From: Haliotis cracherodii
Lineage: Eukaryota
Length of the DNA: 64,000 nt
NCBI RefSeq assembly: GCF_022045235.1
Contig: NW_027266341.1
Coordinates: 9,982,001 to 10,046,000 of the forward strand
Direction of reading: 5' to 3'
Below the pieces are notes generated by a model, which ran no database searches, was not told the DNA's origin, and saw only the letters and a program-made list of their open reading frames with translations. A program made the translations under genes and the position numbers. Shown in pieces: positions 61,401 through 64,000 of this stretch (position 1 is the first letter of the stretch; each line of letters begins with the position of its first letter).

Positions 61401-63124
61401 ACCAAAGTGGTAAACGTCTAAGACCTGAATCACTCTCGGCAGATCTTCATGCATAAACAAATCAAGATGGATTAAATATTTTAATGAGTTTGTGCTGAAA
61501 AGGTGTGTATTTGCACCCCTTACCCCGGCACTTTGTCTTAGTCAGAATCGTACAGACAATTACAGCCAATACATGAAATGAATAAAACATTGTCATTATT
61601 GGAAACCTTATTCTCCAGATCGAGCCCTGGCACTGGGCCAGGATCTGAGTAAAATCCCCTTCAAGGACAGGAGCTGGCTGGGCTACAAGACAAGAAGTCG
61701 TGAGTAGCTGCTTGCATTATCACGAGGAAATTCACTAAAATATAATGTTTGTATGACCCATTTAATGTACCAATTTAGGGTATTAATATATACAAAACTC
61801 ACAGTTGCAGGTGCACTGTCTTATGGATTAATGTTTAATTTTTTTTATTAATGCCTATCTTTGTGACTAATCTATACCCACTGACCAAAACAACTTTTGC
61901 GTAATAAAATAAAATTTACTGAGTTGTTTGTATTTGTGGTTCAACAGACCCAAGGTATTTGGTTAGCGAAAGTCTAAAAGACATGGAATAAAAAAGTTGT
62001 GTGAAGCTCAGTTTGATAAATTCCCACTCTCACACCACTTGCACACACTTCTTGAAATTTAGGCTTTCCCTGTCCTACATCAATGTAAAAGTATAGGAGA
62101 TTGTCTTGTAACTAAGATTGCATTTTGGAATGGGTCCTAGGGCCCTGGCCCCATTCTACAATGTGATTTTAGCGCTACTACTGTTGTAAATCTATGTGTT
62201 ATAGTATGAGAGTTACCAACACATTTGCACTGAGATCGCTTAATCAAACGGGACTTTTGTCATTTTGTTCAAGTCTGTTTTTGCATTGTTTAGTGTGTGT
62301 GACTTTGTGCTGTTATTGTTGGAGAGTTTGGTACAGCTTGAACAACCCGAATGTGATAATGATCTACACCGTCTCAATCCCCAGGTGACGCCCTCCTGTC
62401 CCGCCACCCGGGTATTGACATTGCCCAGTTACAGCTGGTCGGCCATGTTGCCTCCACTCACTCAGGGGAGGTAAGTCAGGATGTGAAATGGGTGAAATGC
62501 TGATTATATAGTGCTAGCTCACTGAGATACCATGTTGCAATTTAACATGAATACCCCTCACAGTTTACTGAATCCGAGCCGACCAGTCCTTGTTTTAGCC
62601 CCTTAATGCCGAGCTCCAGGCAGGGTAACGACAAATACCATCTTTTAACATCTTTTGGTGTGATGAGGCTGGGGATCGAACCCCGGACCTTCCACTCTCT
62701 GGGCTGACGCTACTCTAGACCACGGAGGCGGTCTGTGGGATTGTGAGTCAGATGGATTTAACACTGCAAAAATTGTATTCCAGTTATATCACAATGTGTC
62801 AGGTTTTTGTTGGAGGAACACTGCTTTGAACAGTTGTATTCTTGAATACAAACCCTTTGAATATTCCTTGTGTGTTGATTTAGGGCCTGACCATTTCACA
62901 TTTTTTGTGGGGGAGAGGTGGTGGTGCTAAATTTGGTCCATTAAATGTTTGTTTTATGTTCATAATTTTAATTTTTTTGGCAGAGTAGGTTAAATGTTTG
63001 ATGTTTGTCTCCAGACATGGCGCGGTAGATGGCAAGATAACGACATTGTTGCCAAGATCCTCAACATTGTAGAGTGTACTCTCAGAAACTCACGGGACTT
63101 CCAGGAAGAATTCCCTCGCCTTAG
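55446..63124 (+). CDS. ILK: Integrin-linked kinase (ankyrin repeats plus start of pseudokinase domain); first 7 coding exons, gene continues beyond the window
   Basis: Exons 55446-55534, 57740-57905, 59420-59515, 59889-59985, 61619-61699, 62385-62470, 63015-63124. Starts [33 protein letters not shown], with ankyrin motifs [17 protein letters not shown] and [12 protein letters not shown], then [28 protein letters not shown]. Confidence 0.97.
56927..57153 (+). mobile_element. hAT-type MITE, internally deleted, in ILK intron 1
   Basis: Degenerate TIRs and 8-bp TSD GTGGGGAT (56919-56926 and 57154-57161). Confidence 0.85.
58026..58193 (+). mobile_element. SINE family B, full length
   Basis: A and B boxes, (CACT)n tail, imperfect TSD TTAAGGTA(C/T)TTG. 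Confidence 0.88.
58213..58584 (-). mobile_element. SINE family A, rearranged copy
   Basis: Matches the family A body; further copy at about 62483-62733. Confidence 0.75.
60910..61335 (+). mobile_element. SINE family A spanning an assembly gap
   Basis: Head and body lie before the gap; the CCAATTTCACCTCACCT tail follows it. Confidence 0.8.
61132..61318. other. Assembly gap (187 N)
   Basis: Run of N in an ILK intron. The flanking ILK exons join in frame, so no exon appears to be missing. Confidence 0.99.
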
Positions 63125-64000
63125 GTGAGTCTTGGCCTGTTCACAGAGAGGCAACAACATTGTCTGATAATTTCGATGGCTACAAAATTATTAGAACCAT
63201 GATGATCCGGTGTAGAATAGGTCTTTAGCAGCCCATGCTTGCCGTGAAGGGGACTCTGCTTGTCATAAGATGACTAATGGGATTGGGTGGTCAGGTTCGC
63301 TGACTTGGTTGATATATGTCATTGTATCCCAATTGTGTAGATCGAGGCTCATGATATCAATCACTGGATTGTCTGGACCAGACTCGATTATCTACAGAAG
63401 GCTGTCATATAGTTGTAATATTGCTGAGTACGGTGTTAAAAAACAATGAAAACAAAATTATTGTACTGGTTCAACCTTTGTCTTGGGCACTGCCAACATC
63501 AGTCGACCACTTCCCAGCATTCATTGCTGCCAGGGTGGCACTTTGTCACATTGACAAATATAGATAAAAGAGAACTGCACTGACTTGGAAGAGGCATCGC
63601 CTGAAAGCCATGTAATACTTATTACTGTAAAGAAACACAATTTTACTCCATTTATGTCAACAGTAACAATATTTGCATGGAAATCGAGGGGGCTCTCCCA
63701 TACATCTTATTTTAAAGTTGTAAAATTTTGTTGAAGCATTAATAGATTCATGTACTGTAGGAACCCAACTGAAGGGTACCATTACCTTCTATATTTCTGT
63801 GACTGATTACTGACTTAGTGCCTCTTCCTGAATTTGTTATGTACAGTTGATATAATGTAATCTCATTGAGATGAGATCTTTTACTCTGATTTGATACCTC
63901 TCTGCGTAAAGCTCTGACGGCATTGACATGGGAGGTCATGTCAGGTGAACTTTCTAATCAGCCAATCAGCTTGGAGCTCCTACCTTTTCCGTACAAGTGG

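Overview
Eukaryotic, intron-rich animal DNA, with no prokaryotic operons or CRISPR arrays. The repeat landscape suggests a mollusc, possibly a gastropod such as abalone (inference). I spliced the genes by hand using GT-AG boundaries and reading-frame continuity. They are: the 5' end of PGRMC (minus, runs off the left edge, absent from the ORF track); complete ETFDH (minus, 14 coding exons, 610 aa); two divergently oriented small paralogous genes that I do not recognise (113 aa and 94 aa); complete RRP8/nucleomethylin (minus, 6 coding exons, 679 aa); and the first 7 coding exons of ILK (plus), head-to-head with RRP8. The rest is dense in mobile elements: four abundant SINE-like families, hAT-, Tc1/pogo- and Mutator-like MITEs, and decayed Tc1, IS630/Tc1-like and DIRS elements. 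The most notable observations are: (1) the orphan paralog pair with conserved CRE/E-box promoters; (2) four tandem arrays seeded on splice sites or the stop codon of housekeeping genes; (3) a retroposon family with a fixed non-tRNA 5' head that folds into a covarying, pseudoknot-like structure; (4) a templated inverted insertion between two SINEs.
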